Shown here piece after piece: positions 36,627 to 46,201 of a DNA stretch of 59,278 bases (positions are counted from its first letter, which is position 1; each line of letters starts with the position of its first letter). The stretch spans positions 1-59,278 of IMG/VR virus record IMGVR_UViG_3300033405_000018, one strand, 5' to 3'. A program made the translations under genes and the position numbers. Under the pieces are notes generated by a model. It made no database searches and was not told where the DNA came from. It was given only the letters and a program-made list of their open reading frames with translations. The stretch comes from a virus. Its lineage: Duplodnaviria > Caudoviricetes.

Positions 36627-36708
36627 TACAATCGCTTTGACGGGTACAGAACCAGTCTGACTCGCCACAGGACCTTGATAATAGGCTCAGTGGCGAGTCT
36701 TTCACTTT
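36627..36708 (+). promoter_or_regulatory. Promoter plus two-hairpin leader element, copy 3 (fibre/lysis genes)
   Basis: TACAAT, 6 nt, GACGGGTA-CAGA-ACCAG-TCTG, stem ACTCGCCAC/GTGGCGAGT, TTTCACTTT. Confidence 0.7.
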
Positions 36709-36721
36709 GGAGGGAACACCG

Positions 36722-37006
36722 ATGGAAACGAAGATTGAACCGAACGAAACTGCTATTGTGACTCCTGTCATGTTGCCAGCCTGCCCATATTGCGCAGACG
36801 ATCCGGCCCGACTCTCGATCATGAACCAAGTCTTCCCTGGCGGCATGATCGGCGCCATCATCTTCTGCGGCAACCCCGACTGTCGGAAGATCATCTCGAC
36901 TCAGATCATTGGCCGTATTGATCAACAGGCACCAAATCAGGACTCAAACCCCCAAGATGCCGCAGTTGCCGGCCCGCAGTTGGTAAAGTCTCCGGAGGCA
37001 TTGTGA
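36722..37006 (+). CDS. Zinc-ribbon hypothetical protein
   Basis: CPYC...CGNPDC; GGAGGG RBS. Confidence 0.6.
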   Translation: METKIEPNETAIVTPVMLPACPYCADDPARLSIMNQVFPGGMIGAIIFCGNPDCRKIISTQIIGRIDQQAPNQDSNPQDAAVAGPQLVKSPEAL

Positions 37007-38103
37007 ATCGATCAGTGAAGCGCATCATCGCCCTCACCGCTCTCTGGCTGGTTGCCGCGGCGGCGTTCGCCCAAGCTCCGATTGGAGTTTGCTTGAACAA
37101 CGTCGCGCAGACCATCTCAAACGGCGTCATTGCTCCGATCCCCTTTGCCACCGTGGCGCTCTGCACATTGGGATCGACCGCTTCAAACTGCGTGGCGAAC
37201 AAGGTCAACATCTACACGTCGAACGCCCTCAGCACCGCCACCCCGACAAATCCATTCACGACAGACGCTGGCGGAAACTACTTCTTTTGCGCGGCGGTAG
37301 GGCATTATGGGGTCCTGATTTCATCGTCCTACGGGAATTATTTTGTTCCTGATTTTGCGTTGGTAGACGACTGGTCAAAGGGCGGAACAATGACCGGGGC
37401 GCTCACGGACGCCGCCGGTTTTATCGGCCCTCTGTCCGGCAACGCCAGCACGGCCTCTGCCTCTAACTATTCGCCTACGCAGTGCGGATCAGGACTCTAC
37501 TCACAGGGCGATACGACGAGTTGGGCTGCAAACTGCGCCCAGGTGAATTGGAGCCAGCTTGGGAGTGTCCCATCCTTCTACTACCAGAACGTGCAGGAGG
37601 CGGGATCAGGACTCACGCAACAACCGATCCTGAACTTCGATGGAACTGTGGTTGCTACCAATAGCACCGGTAAAACAAGCGTGGGACTCCCGGCGGTCGG
37701 GACGTCCGGAATGTATTCGAATCCCACCAGTATCACCACCGATGCAAATGGCCGTGTTACGAATGTCAGCAGCGCATCAACTCAGACGAACTGCTTAACC
37801 ACCTCTTGTGTAGGAGGGTCTACCTATTCATCGGGAACTACATACACAAATACAAGCAGTCATGCGGTGCTGGAAGAAGTCACCATGTCCTATGAAACCT
37901 ACAGTACCCAAGGTTGCGAATACGAATTGATAGCCATTGTGAATGGACTTACTGTAGGACAAAATGGCGTACATAATGACTGCGGCGGCGCTGCCACGGA
38001 TACATTTAAGGTTCCTGCGGGAGCCACTTTTTCTGCGACTGTCACGCATGTTAGCGGCGGCAGTTCAAGTTTTTCGATCACATCCTGGGCTGAATTGAAT
38101 TAA
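37003..38103 (+). CDS. Fibre/spike-like protein with N-terminal signal peptide
   Basis: MNRSVKRIIALTALWLVAAAAFA|Q; NPFTTDAGGNYFF, KGGTMTGAL, ITTDANGRVT fibre-type motifs. Confidence 0.65.
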   Translation: MNRSVKRIIALTALWLVAAAAFAQAPIGVCLNNVAQTISNGVIAPIPFATVALCTLGSTASNCVANKVNIYTSNALSTATPTNPFTTDAGGNYFFCAAVGHYGVLISSSYGNYFVPDFALVDDWSKGGTMTGALTDAAGFIGPLSGNASTASASNYSPTQCGSGLYSQGDTTSWAANCAQVNWSQLGSVPSFYYQNVQEAGSGLTQQPILNFDGTVVATNSTGKTSVGLPAVGTSGMYSNPTSITTDANGRVTNVSSASTQTNCLTTSCVGGSTYSSGTTYTNTSSHAVLEEVTMSYETYSTQGCEYELIAIVNGLTVGQNGVHNDCGGAATDTFKVPAGATFSATVTHVSGGSSSFSITSWAELN

Positions 38104-38113
38104 GGGAGAAACA

Positions 38114-38440
38114 ATGGCAGAGCGCGAAACGAACATCAATCAGTTCGCAGGAGTGAATGCGCTAGCAAAGCGCATCGAGGAGCTGACCAAGCAGCGGGAC
38201 GAGCTTACCAAAGAACGGCAGGACTCTCAAACAAGGCTTTTAGAAGAGCACGGTGTGGCCCTGGCTAGTTTGGAAAAGTCAGTCGCGCTCCTTGTTGACA
38301 GGACCAAAGACCTTGGGGAGATGTCCAAGCGCATCACGCGTCTGGAATCATGGAAGGTCTATTTGGCTGGCATCGCATCAGCGTTCACGTTCATCGGGAC
38401 GCTTATTGGCGGCGGACTGACTTTGATGTTTCGGAGGTGA
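38114..38440 (+). CDS. Coiled-coil protein with C-terminal TM helix (lysis module)
   Basis: RITRLESWK followed by a hydrophobic helix; upstream of the endolysin. Confidence 0.55.
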   Translation: MAERETNINQFAGVNALAKRIEELTKQRDELTKERQDSQTRLLEEHGVALASLEKSVALLVDRTKDLGEMSKRITRLESWKVYLAGIASAFTFIGTLIGGGLTLMFRR

Positions 38441-38442
38441 CT

Positions 38443-38955
38443 GTGAACAGTTTTCCAAAAGCAGATGTACTGGAAGCCTGCGCAAAGTATGGGCAGCTCT
38501 TGAAAGTGCCAGCAGGACTCGACGGTGAGCGTGTCTTGGCAGCGCTAGCGTCGAACGAGAGCAGCACTGGGAATGATTGCGGACCGCGCCATGAGCCTGC
38601 ATATGATGTAGGCGGATCAGTATGGGCTTCGAGTCCTGCGCAGCGTGCGCTTGTTGCCCAGTATGGCCGTGACGGGGCTTCCAGTTTTGGCCCATGGCAG
38701 CTCATGCTTATCAACTATCCAGGGTTCTCGCCGGCCGAACTTGAAGTCAGCCTTGATGATTGTGCCCGTGGATGTGTCATACACTTCAATTCCTATGTGG
38801 CGCACTTCCAGCCCCAGAACCTGACAGAGATCGGGCAAATCTGGAACCTCGGCCACAAGACCGTCAATCCCCCTACTGGCGTTATCAAATACTGCGCCGA
38901 TTTGCAAAAGGCGTACGATTCTTCTGTGAAGCAACCCGCTACGGCGGTATCCTAA
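38443..38955 (+). CDS. Endolysin, lysozyme/transglycosylase-like fold
   Basis: ALASNESS (catalytic E), SSFGPWQLM, IWNLG; GGAGG RBS before GTG. Confidence 0.7.
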   Translation: MNSFPKADVLEACAKYGQLLKVPAGLDGERVLAALASNESSTGNDCGPRHEPAYDVGGSVWASSPAQRALVAQYGRDGASSFGPWQLMLINYPGFSPAELEVSLDDCARGCVIHFNSYVAHFQPQNLTEIGQIWNLGHKTVNPPTGVIKYCADLQKAYDSSVKQPATAVS

Positions 38956-38970
38956 AGCGAAGAGGGCAGC

Positions 38971-39216
38971 ATGAAGCTACCTGAGCCCTTCTGGGCAGTT
39001 CTACTCGCAGTTCTGGGGGTGATCGTTGCATTGGCCGTCCTTTTTCACCCGGACCCGGTCGCAGTCGGAACCGCAGTCCTCGCAATCGCGAGCAACCTCG
39101 TCAGTGGAGCCCTCGGAGCCTTTGCCGGTCATGCAAGTGCAACCAGCAACTCCACAGGACCCAACGCCACAATTAACAACCCAAGCGCCACCTTTCCCGG
39201 TGACGCAACCAAGTAG
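38971..39216 (+). CDS. Putative holin
   Basis: 81 aa, two hydrophobic helices, follows the endolysin. Confidence 0.6.
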   Translation: MKLPEPFWAVLLAVLGVIVALAVLFHPDPVAVGTAVLAIASNLVSGALGAFAGHASATSNSTGPNATINNPSATFPGDATK

Positions 39217-39235
39217 CGCCAAGGAGGCGCAGAGC

Positions 39236-39697
39236 ATGTTCTCTATCAAAGCAGTGATCGGTGAAATCGAACAGGCCGGGAAGAGCTTTGTCAGCTTTCT
39301 GGTCAAAGAGTATGCCGCGTTCTACAAGAACGAACCAACGCTGATTCAGACCATCGACACCACGGTCAGTTATGCGGAGGACGGACTCGCCATCGTTCTT
39401 CCCTTGGCCGGCGCGGGCGCGGCAGTAGGCCCCATCGATGCCATTATGCAGGAAGCTGTGACGGATCTCAACCGAGCTTCGGCTCTCGTGTATGATTTCG
39501 GCCCGAGTCCCAATGCGGCTTCAATATTTGCTGCCGTTCAGTCCAATCTCGCGACTCTGGAAACGGCAGGGCATATCACGGACCCTGCTACCGTTGCCAA
39601 GGTCAAGCTGATCATCAACGCCATCGGGACAGTTGCCCAGCTTATTGCTAAGGCGGTTGCGGCGGCTTCGGCTCCCGTGACAGCATCCGCAGCCTGA
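39236..39697 (+). CDS. Hypothetical protein
   Basis: AAGGAGG RBS; Ala-rich helical. Confidence 0.6.
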   Translation: MFSIKAVIGEIEQAGKSFVSFLVKEYAAFYKNEPTLIQTIDTTVSYAEDGLAIVLPLAGAGAAVGPIDAIMQEAVTDLNRASALVYDFGPSPNAASIFAAVQSNLATLETAGHITDPATVAKVKLIINAIGTVAQLIAKAVAAASAPVTASAA

Positions 39698-39698
39698 C

Positions 39699-40397
39699 AT
39701 GAACACCACCATCAAAGTCACAATCGCCGCGGGAGCCATCACTCTCGCGGCGCTTTCTGTTTGGGGATGCTTCGGTCTTACCAGACACATCATCGTCGCC
39801 GTAGACCGCTGGGGAGCTGCCGCGCCCTCCTCTGGCAAGACAGATGCCGTTCTTGACCACCTGACCAGGCCATGCAAGGGAGCATCAGGACCCGACGCGT
39901 GCGGAACCCTGGCGCAGATCAACAAAACAGCCATTGATGCCGGTGATGCCATCGTGCGCACCCAGATAATCGAGCGCTCTGCTGAGCCACATATCACTGC
40001 CGCAATGGATCAGTTCGGGACGGCTGCCATTCACCTGAGCAGCACGGCGGATTCTATCTCAGGAACCGCGCACGCCGCTACAGGGACGCTCACCAGCGCG
40101 ACGGGGGCCATAGACGAAGGTAAACGTACCATCGCCGCCGCGCAGCCGCTCCTGAGCCAACTGACGGCGAACGGAGCAGCTCTCCAGACCACCACGGACA
40201 CGCTGAACGACGTTCTTAAACGGCAGGCAATCGGCAAGTTGCTTGACAACGCGGCAGGAATCTCGGGTGACTTCAGGACCATCGCAGACAAGGCAACTGC
40301 CGACTTTATCCGGCCAGTCCCATGGTGGCAGCAGCCGATCAAAAAGAGCGGCCAGATCATTGACATTGGAGCCGCTATCGCGCGGCACACCCCTTAG
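39699..40397 (+). CDS. Membrane-anchored helical protein (possible spanin-like)
   Basis: N-terminal TM segment, long amphipathic helices, last gene before the terminator. Confidence 0.5.
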   Translation: MNTTIKVTIAAGAITLAALSVWGCFGLTRHIIVAVDRWGAAAPSSGKTDAVLDHLTRPCKGASGPDACGTLAQINKTAIDAGDAIVRTQIIERSAEPHITAAMDQFGTAAIHLSSTADSISGTAHAATGTLTSATGAIDEGKRTIAAAQPLLSQLTANGAALQTTTDTLNDVLKRQAIGKLLDNAAGISGDFRTIADKATADFIRPVPWWQQPIKKSGQIIDIGAAIARHTP

Positions 40398-40447
40398 GAG
40401 TCAAATTTATTCAAAGGAGAATATGCGGTAGTAGCCAGAGCATAAAG

Positions 40448-40479
40448 AGGTCAGTCTTTCGAGGCTGGCCTTTTTATTT
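40448..40479 (+). terminator. Intrinsic terminator ending the late region
   Basis: AGGTCAGTCT-TTCG-AGGCTGGCCT-TTTTATTT. Confidence 0.85.
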
Positions 40480-40524
40480 GATAAATAGTTAAAAGTGAAG
40501 CAAAATCTGATTTATAATGGTGCG

Positions 40525-43500
40525 ATGATCGAATTATCAACTCGCCTCCTTCTACTCAACCGCAGGACCAGGATTCAGCGTCCTGTCGAGAATCTGAACG
40601 CTTATCAAGAGGTCTACACCTCGCTTTCCAGCCTTCAAGACGAAGCGGTGATGTGCCCGCGGTCGATGAAAGAGCCGATGCGGGAGGCTATGGAGCGCGT
40701 CCGGTCGGAGGTTGGCGACTTGGACGAGTTCGTAACCCAAGAGTTGCAGTATCGCACCGTCGAAGAGATGCAGAGCTACTTCATGGGCCTTCAGGTCGAT
40801 TCCGTTGCCCTGGCCATCTGGCAGATTAGGAAGCAGAAGTCGCTTATCAATGCGGATCAGACCGGCGTTGGCAAGGGGCGCGTTGCGGCGGCCGTCTGCC
40901 GGTGGACCATCATCCACGGCCTTTTGCCAATCTTCGTTACCTACTCGGACACGCTTTTCACCGACTTCCAGCGCGATCTTGACGACGTTGGATTCGGTTC
41001 AGACGTCTGGCCGCTGCTTTTCAATGCCGGGGCGTCCATAACCGAGCAGGCAACAGGACGCAAGATATTTGCCAACAAGAGCAGCATGAAGGGAGTCCTG
41101 ACCCGCATAGCAGAGTCTGGCGAACTGCCCCGTACGCGGAATGCCGTATACCTGACCTACTCGCAGATCAACACGACCAACATCCAGCAGGAGGCTTTGA
41201 GCCGGTTGGCGCCGAAATCGGTTTTCATCTTGGACGAGTCCCACAATGCCGGAGGCGACGAGTCGAATACCGGAACCTTCTTCCAAGAGGTTCTTCCAGC
41301 AGCCCGCGGCGTGATGTTCCTGTCGGCAACATGGGCAAAGCGGCCAGACAATATGACGCTCTACGCGACCAAGACGGACATCTCGATTGCTATTCCTGAC
41401 AACCAACGCGTCTCTGACGCCATCCGCGCCGGCGGACCACCCCTACAGACCGTCGTCAGCCATCAACTCTCCCAGACCGGCCAACTCGTGCGGCGGGAGC
41501 GGTCCTTTGAGGGCATCAGCATCCTGAACTTCATTGATGATCGGAATCAGGACACACAAGAGGTCGTCTGTGACCAAGTGACAGAAGTCCTGCGCGCCAT
41601 CTTCGATGCAGACATGGCCTACCATCATGAGGACTTTGAGACGCTCCGACTTTGGTATAAGCGCCATCGTCGCATCAAGGTCTACCACCACAAGTTCAGC
41701 GCCATCGTCCACAACATCGTGAAGCAGTTCCTCCTGGCCTTGAAGTCGGACGCCGCGGCAGATTGCGCCATCGAAGCGCTCGGACGCGGAGAGAAGCCGA
41801 TTGTGGCCCTTGAGAGCACGATGGGCGCATTCCTCGATAGCTACGTGAGCGCGGCGAACCTGAGCGAGGGAGAATTCCTTGATAAGCTCTCATGGTCCAC
41901 TCTCCTCAGACGCGCGCTCGACAGGACCCTCCACTACACCATCAAGACGCCAATGGGCAATGACCGCCAAGAGTTCCCGCGCCATCGGCTGTACGTCGAG
42001 ACAGAATCGAAGTACCGGGAGGCTGAGAGGCTGCTGGAGGCGCTTGCTGTAACGCTGCCAGTGTCGCCTATCGATTGGATCAGGACTCGCATCACGCAAG
42101 CTGGCTACACCGTGGCAGAGATCACCGGCCGATCCTACCGAATCAACTACGCGGGTCCCGTCCCAGTCTTGTCTTCAGTCCCGGCCGGCGAGAAGAAGGA
42201 TCGAGTCCTGACCGGAAGTCTGTTTAATAACGGCGGCGTCGATTGCCTCATCCTGAACCAGGCCGGATCGACGGGGATCAGCCTTCACGCCTCAGAGAAG
42301 TTCAAAGACAAGCGCCAGCGGCACATGATCATCGCTCAACCTGCTGGCGACGTCAACGTCTTTATGCAGGTGCTCGGCCGTTCAAACAGGACCGGCCAGA
42401 TGGTCCTGCCGCGGTACACCATGCTTTCCCTGGCCATTCCGGCCGAGATTCGTCCCGCCATCAGCCTGGCGAAGAAACTGAAGAGCCTGAACGCTAACAC
42501 CTCTAGCAACACCCGGTCGGCAATGTCGATTGAAGCTCCGGACATGATGAACAAGTACGGCGATAAGATCGTCGCTGAGTGGCTGCACGAAAATGAGCAG
42601 ATTGCCAGACTCATGGGCCTGACGATGGACAAGTCGGAAGAGGAAGGCGGAACTCCAGAGGAGGACCTGGCGCGCACGGCAACAGGACGCTCAGCATTGC
42701 TTCCCGTCAAAGAGCAGCGAGAGTTTATGGAGACGATCACCGAGAGCTACACGGACTACATCGCATACCTCGACGAAACCGGGCAGAACGACCTTGAACC
42801 CAAGACTTATGACTTCGATGCAGAACAGAAAACCTCGCACGTCATCTATGTTGGTTCGGACCCTTCGTCGCCGTTTGGAGAAGATGCCATCTTCGGGACC
42901 TACTCAATCAAGCGTCAAGGGAAGTCATACACCCCGGAAGAGGTTGAGGAACTGATTGCACAGACTTATGGTCCTGAACTCATGAAGTACGAGCCATGGC
43001 AGCGGGACACGTACCACGCGCGGGCGTTGAGCGCACATCTTGAAGGCATGTTCAAGCCGTACATCGCATCCGTTGAAGCGCCACACATCATTGAGCGGGC
43101 AGAGCGCATCCGGGAATGGTCGCGGGCAATCCTGAACGACTTCCGAATGGGAACAGGACTCAGAATCGAAATCAACGGTGACACCTATAACGGCATCATC
43201 TACGACATTCGCGGTCGCAAGAAGGTGAGCGGAAACCCCTACGCGCCCAGTTCGCTGAAGTTCTACATTGCCGTCAACGGACCTTTGCGCGAGGTGCGCG
43301 TCCCTGGCTCTCAAATCAAGAAAATCACGCTCTCGAACCTTGGCCGCAATGCAGATATTGCCGATCTTTTTCAGGACTATCTAAGTGACACTCGGCAGCG
43401 CGCGAAAATCATTGTTGGGAATTTGTTGGGAGCTTATGGGCAGTTGAAGCCGGGGAGCAAGGGACGAATCATCACGTTCACAAAGCATGAGGGCGGTACA

Positions 43501-43569
43501 GAACAAGGTATTTTACTCCCGGCTAAATTCGATTGGGAGAAAGACGTAACCCCGCAGAAGCTCGGTTGA
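40525..43569 (+). CDS. Strawberry-notch-type SF2 helicase
   Basis: ADQTGVGKGR, TYSQI, ILDESHNAGG, LSATWAKRP, AEITGR, STGISLHA, QVLGRSNRTGQ; start uncertain (TATAAT at 40513). Confidence 0.85.
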   Translation: MIELSTRLLLLNRRTRIQRPVENLNAYQEVYTSLSSLQDEAVMCPRSMKEPMREAMERVRSEVGDLDEFVTQELQYRTVEEMQSYFMGLQVDSVALAIWQIRKQKSLINADQTGVGKGRVAAAVCRWTIIHGLLPIFVTYSDTLFTDFQRDLDDVGFGSDVWPLLFNAGASITEQATGRKIFANKSSMKGVLTRIAESGELPRTRNAVYLTYSQINTTNIQQEALSRLAPKSVFILDESHNAGGDESNTGTFFQEVLPAARGVMFLSATWAKRPDNMTLYATKTDISIAIPDNQRVSDAIRAGGPPLQTVVSHQLSQTGQLVRRERSFEGISILNFIDDRNQDTQEVVCDQVTEVLRAIFDADMAYHHEDFETLRLWYKRHRRIKVYHHKFSAIVHNIVKQFLLALKSDAAADCAIEALGRGEKPIVALESTMGAFLDSYVSAANLSEGEFLDKLSWSTLLRRALDRTLHYTIKTPMGNDRQEFPRHRLYVETESKYREAERLLEALAVTLPVSPIDWIRTRITQAGYTVAEITGRSYRINYAGPVPVLSSVPAGEKKDRVLTGSLFNNGGVDCLILNQAGSTGISLHASEKFKDKRQRHMIIAQPAGDVNVFMQVLGRSNRTGQMVLPRYTMLSLAIPAEIRPAISLAKKLKSLNANTSSNTRSAMSIEAPDMMNKYGDKIVAEWLHENEQIARLMGLTMDKSEEEGGTPEEDLARTATGRSALLPVKEQREFMETITESYTDYIAYLDETGQNDLEPKTYDFDAEQKTSHVIYVGSDPSSPFGEDAIFGTYSIKRQGKSYTPEEVEELIAQTYGPELMKYEPWQRDTYHARALSAHLEGMFKPYIASVEAPHIIERAERIREWSRAILNDFRMGTGLRIEINGDTYNGIIYDIRGRKKVSGNPYAPSSLKFYIAVNGPLREVRVPGSQIKKITLSNLGRNADIADLFQDYLSDTRQRAKIIVGNLLGAYGQLKPGSKGRIITFTKHEGGTEQGILLPAKFDWEKDVTPQKLG

Positions 43570-43587
43570 GTCCTGCGGGGTGTTGGG

Positions 43588-45849
43588 TTAGAAGTCCATT
43601 TCGGCGGGCTCTTCCGTTTCCTGATCTTCTTCAGATTCGTTTTCCTGTTCTGCAAACAGACCGGCATTGCTTGCCAGCGCCCGGTCAAGGTTGCGGCACG
43701 CCTGATTGTAGTAAGACCTCTTCAATTCAGATCCAAGGAACCGCCGCCCCATCTCCAAAGCAACAAACCCTTCAGAACCGATACCAGCAAACGGACTCCA
43801 AACTACATCGCCGGGATTCGTCCACAGTTTGACAGCGCGGCGGATAACTTCGAGCTGGAGCGGGCAGATGTGGCGTTCGTCGTTATGTTCCCGAGCCGAA
43901 CGATATTGCAGCGTGTCTGACGGATTTATGTCCATCCATATCGGACTGGCGTACTGCTGCCAAAGCTGGACGGGAAACTGTTCCGATGTATGTTCGCAGC
44001 GTTCGGGATTCTCTCCCGGCTTGCGCATGGTCACCAGATAGTCAGGAACTCCCTGGCGGCTCATGGTCGAGTCCTTGCGAATCTGCTTATGGAGTAGGCC
44101 GAGAGCCTTCGTACGCTGCATGGCGGTCACTGGGTCTTTCCAGATGCATACCTCAGAGTGGTAGATGAATCCCACTTCCTCAAATGCGCGTATGATCTCG
44201 CCCCTGAAGTCGCGGAGGCCGATGTGACCATCACGCACTTTTGACGTAGGCAGATTCATGCAGTGGATGGAAACGAGTCTCCCTGGCATGATGGCGCGGA
44301 ACTGCTCTTTGATGAGGAAACGATAATGGTGCCAAAACTCGTCATGGTCCTTGCTGTTGCCAAGGTCCCGCTCAGAATTGGAATAGGTGTATAGACTGGC
44401 GAACGGAGGCGAGTAAACCGAATAGTGGATTGAATCGTCGGGAAGCTCTCGCGCAAGGTCAACGCAATCGGCCAGGTGCATCGTCCAGTTCTCGGTGGTC
44501 TTCACTTCGCGCTCATAGGTTGATTCGCTGCGCACAGTTCCTATCAGATTCATGCGCGTCAAGTCCTGCATGTTTTCCTGCATCTCTTCTGCCATTTGCT
44601 CCGCATCCCTTTCTTTCCGCTTCAGGTTCTCAAGTACGTTTCCCTCGGTCGATGCCGCGATGATGTGAACGTGGACGGGTTGGGTTTGGCCGAATCTCCA
44701 GCAACGGCGAATTGCCTGAAAGAACTGCTCCCATGAATCATTCACGCCGGCAAAGATCATGTGTGAGCAAATCTGATAGTTGACGCCGAATCCAAGTATG
44801 GAAGCCTTGCTCACCAGTCGCGGAATCCCGCCTTGCGCGAACTTGAGGGAGATTTCGGCCTTATCATCTGGCGAATCAGATCCAGTCAGTTCCACACAAT
44901 CCACTGCGGCTTTGATTGCTTCACTCTCTCGATTGAGATTGCACCAGATCAGCCATGTCGCGTCCGGCTCAGCCTCAACAATTGCCTTTACCTCTGCCAC
45001 CCGATCATCGACAGTGGACCGCCGCGCCGCCAGTCGTTCGCTCAATGTCTCAGCAGGCATAGCGAACAGCATCCCTTCGCTTGGAGTTTCCACGTCCACA
45101 ATATGCTCGTGGTAGATCAGTTCCGGCAAGATGAAAGGACCGTCGTCGTATCCCACATCGGACGGCTTGCGGATGTTCACAGCCCATGAGCAAACCCACT
45201 TCCAGAACTCAATCCGCGCATGTCCCTTGAGCCTCCACTTCTGCGTCTCGCCGCCGTCGTGCGTGAAGAACATGGACAGCATCTCAGTAGCCGTCATGAC
45301 GCCCAGGAACTCCGCATGGTTGCCAAGCTCCATGTGATCGTTCGGAGCCGGTGTGGCCGTAGCAGCAAGCCGGTACGGTGTATCTTTGAACGCTTCAATG
45401 AGCGCGGAACGAGTAGCCCCATCGAAAGACTTCAGTATGCTAGATTCATCGAGCACCACCCCCGCAAAGTCGGAAGGTTCGAAGTTGTCCATGCGCTCGT
45501 AGTTTGTGACGATGATGCGAGAATCGCCCATCGTTGACGAGTCTTTGCAATACTTCACTTCGATGCCGAACTTCGTTCCTTCAGTGACCATCTGGTAAGC
45601 CACAGCCAGTGGTGCGAGAATCAGGACCGGCATCTGGGTATGCTCTGACACGACGCGCGCCCACTCTTCTTCAATGAGCGTCTTCCCCATGCCCGTGCCA
45701 AGGAATGCGGCTGCCCGGCCCAGTCGGAGAGCCCAAGAGCACACATCGCGCTGGTGCGGGAACATGGAGGAATTCAGTGGAGGAACGGTAGTCAAACCGG
45801 AGACAATCGGCGTAAACCTCTTCGCCTCCAGAAACTCTTCATAGTTCAT
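43588..45849 (-). CDS. SNF2-like helicase fused to N4C/N6A DNA methyltransferase
   Basis: GTGMGKT, LDESS, TATPAPND, QAIRRCWRFGQ; then YSPPF catalytic motif and SPFAGIGSEG SAM motif. Confidence 0.9.
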   Translation of the reverse strand: MNYEEFLEAKRFTPIVSGLTTVPPLNSSMFPHQRDVCSWALRLGRAAAFLGTGMGKTLIEEEWARVVSEHTQMPVLILAPLAVAYQMVTEGTKFGIEVKYCKDSSTMGDSRIIVTNYERMDNFEPSDFAGVVLDESSILKSFDGATRSALIEAFKDTPYRLAATATPAPNDHMELGNHAEFLGVMTATEMLSMFFTHDGGETQKWRLKGHARIEFWKWVCSWAVNIRKPSDVGYDDGPFILPELIYHEHIVDVETPSEGMLFAMPAETLSERLAARRSTVDDRVAEVKAIVEAEPDATWLIWCNLNRESEAIKAAVDCVELTGSDSPDDKAEISLKFAQGGIPRLVSKASILGFGVNYQICSHMIFAGVNDSWEQFFQAIRRCWRFGQTQPVHVHIIAASTEGNVLENLKRKERDAEQMAEEMQENMQDLTRMNLIGTVRSESTYEREVKTTENWTMHLADCVDLARELPDDSIHYSVYSPPFASLYTYSNSERDLGNSKDHDEFWHHYRFLIKEQFRAIMPGRLVSIHCMNLPTSKVRDGHIGLRDFRGEIIRAFEEVGFIYHSEVCIWKDPVTAMQRTKALGLLHKQIRKDSTMSRQGVPDYLVTMRKPGENPERCEHTSEQFPVQLWQQYASPIWMDINPSDTLQYRSAREHNDERHICPLQLEVIRRAVKLWTNPGDVVWSPFAGIGSEGFVALEMGRRFLGSELKRSYYNQACRNLDRALASNAGLFAEQENESEEDQETEEPAEMDF

Positions 45850-46201
45850 GATCTTTCCTTTCGATGTGTGGTTTGCTTCCGTGCTGGTGTGCGTACTGGT
45901 GGCATCTCCAACAACTCCAGCGATGCTTCTGGCCTGTCTCTTCCGACTCAAGCCATCCGAACCGTTGCTTCGACTTCAGATGGCTCAGTTGACCTTGATG
46001 CTCATCGCCTTCCGTTGCGTTGAGCGGCGCATAGCCTAGGCAGTGAGGCCCGTTGTGAAGCTCGCACATGCCATCGGCGCGCGTAAAGCAGATTACCCTG
46101 GCAGCTTGCTTCTCTTCGCTGGTCGGATACCCCTTGCGTACTTCTGGCCGCTTCTTGCGTACTGGATAATTCCGCTTCATTGGAGTCCTGCGGGGGATCA
46201 T
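45839..46201 (-). CDS. HNH-like zinc-binding protein
   Basis: RADGMCE...HC...LSH...CWRCHQYAH. Confidence 0.55.
   Translation of the reverse strand: MIPRRTPMKRNYPVRKKRPEVRKGYPTSEEKQAARVICFTRADGMCELHNGPHCLGYAPLNATEGDEHQGQLSHLKSKQRFGWLESEETGQKHRWSCWRCHQYAHQHGSKPHIERKDHEL

Noticed and set aside
33112-38103. Diversity-generating retroelement or invertible fibre cassette
   Set aside because: No reverse transcriptase, invertase or template/variable repeat pair seen.
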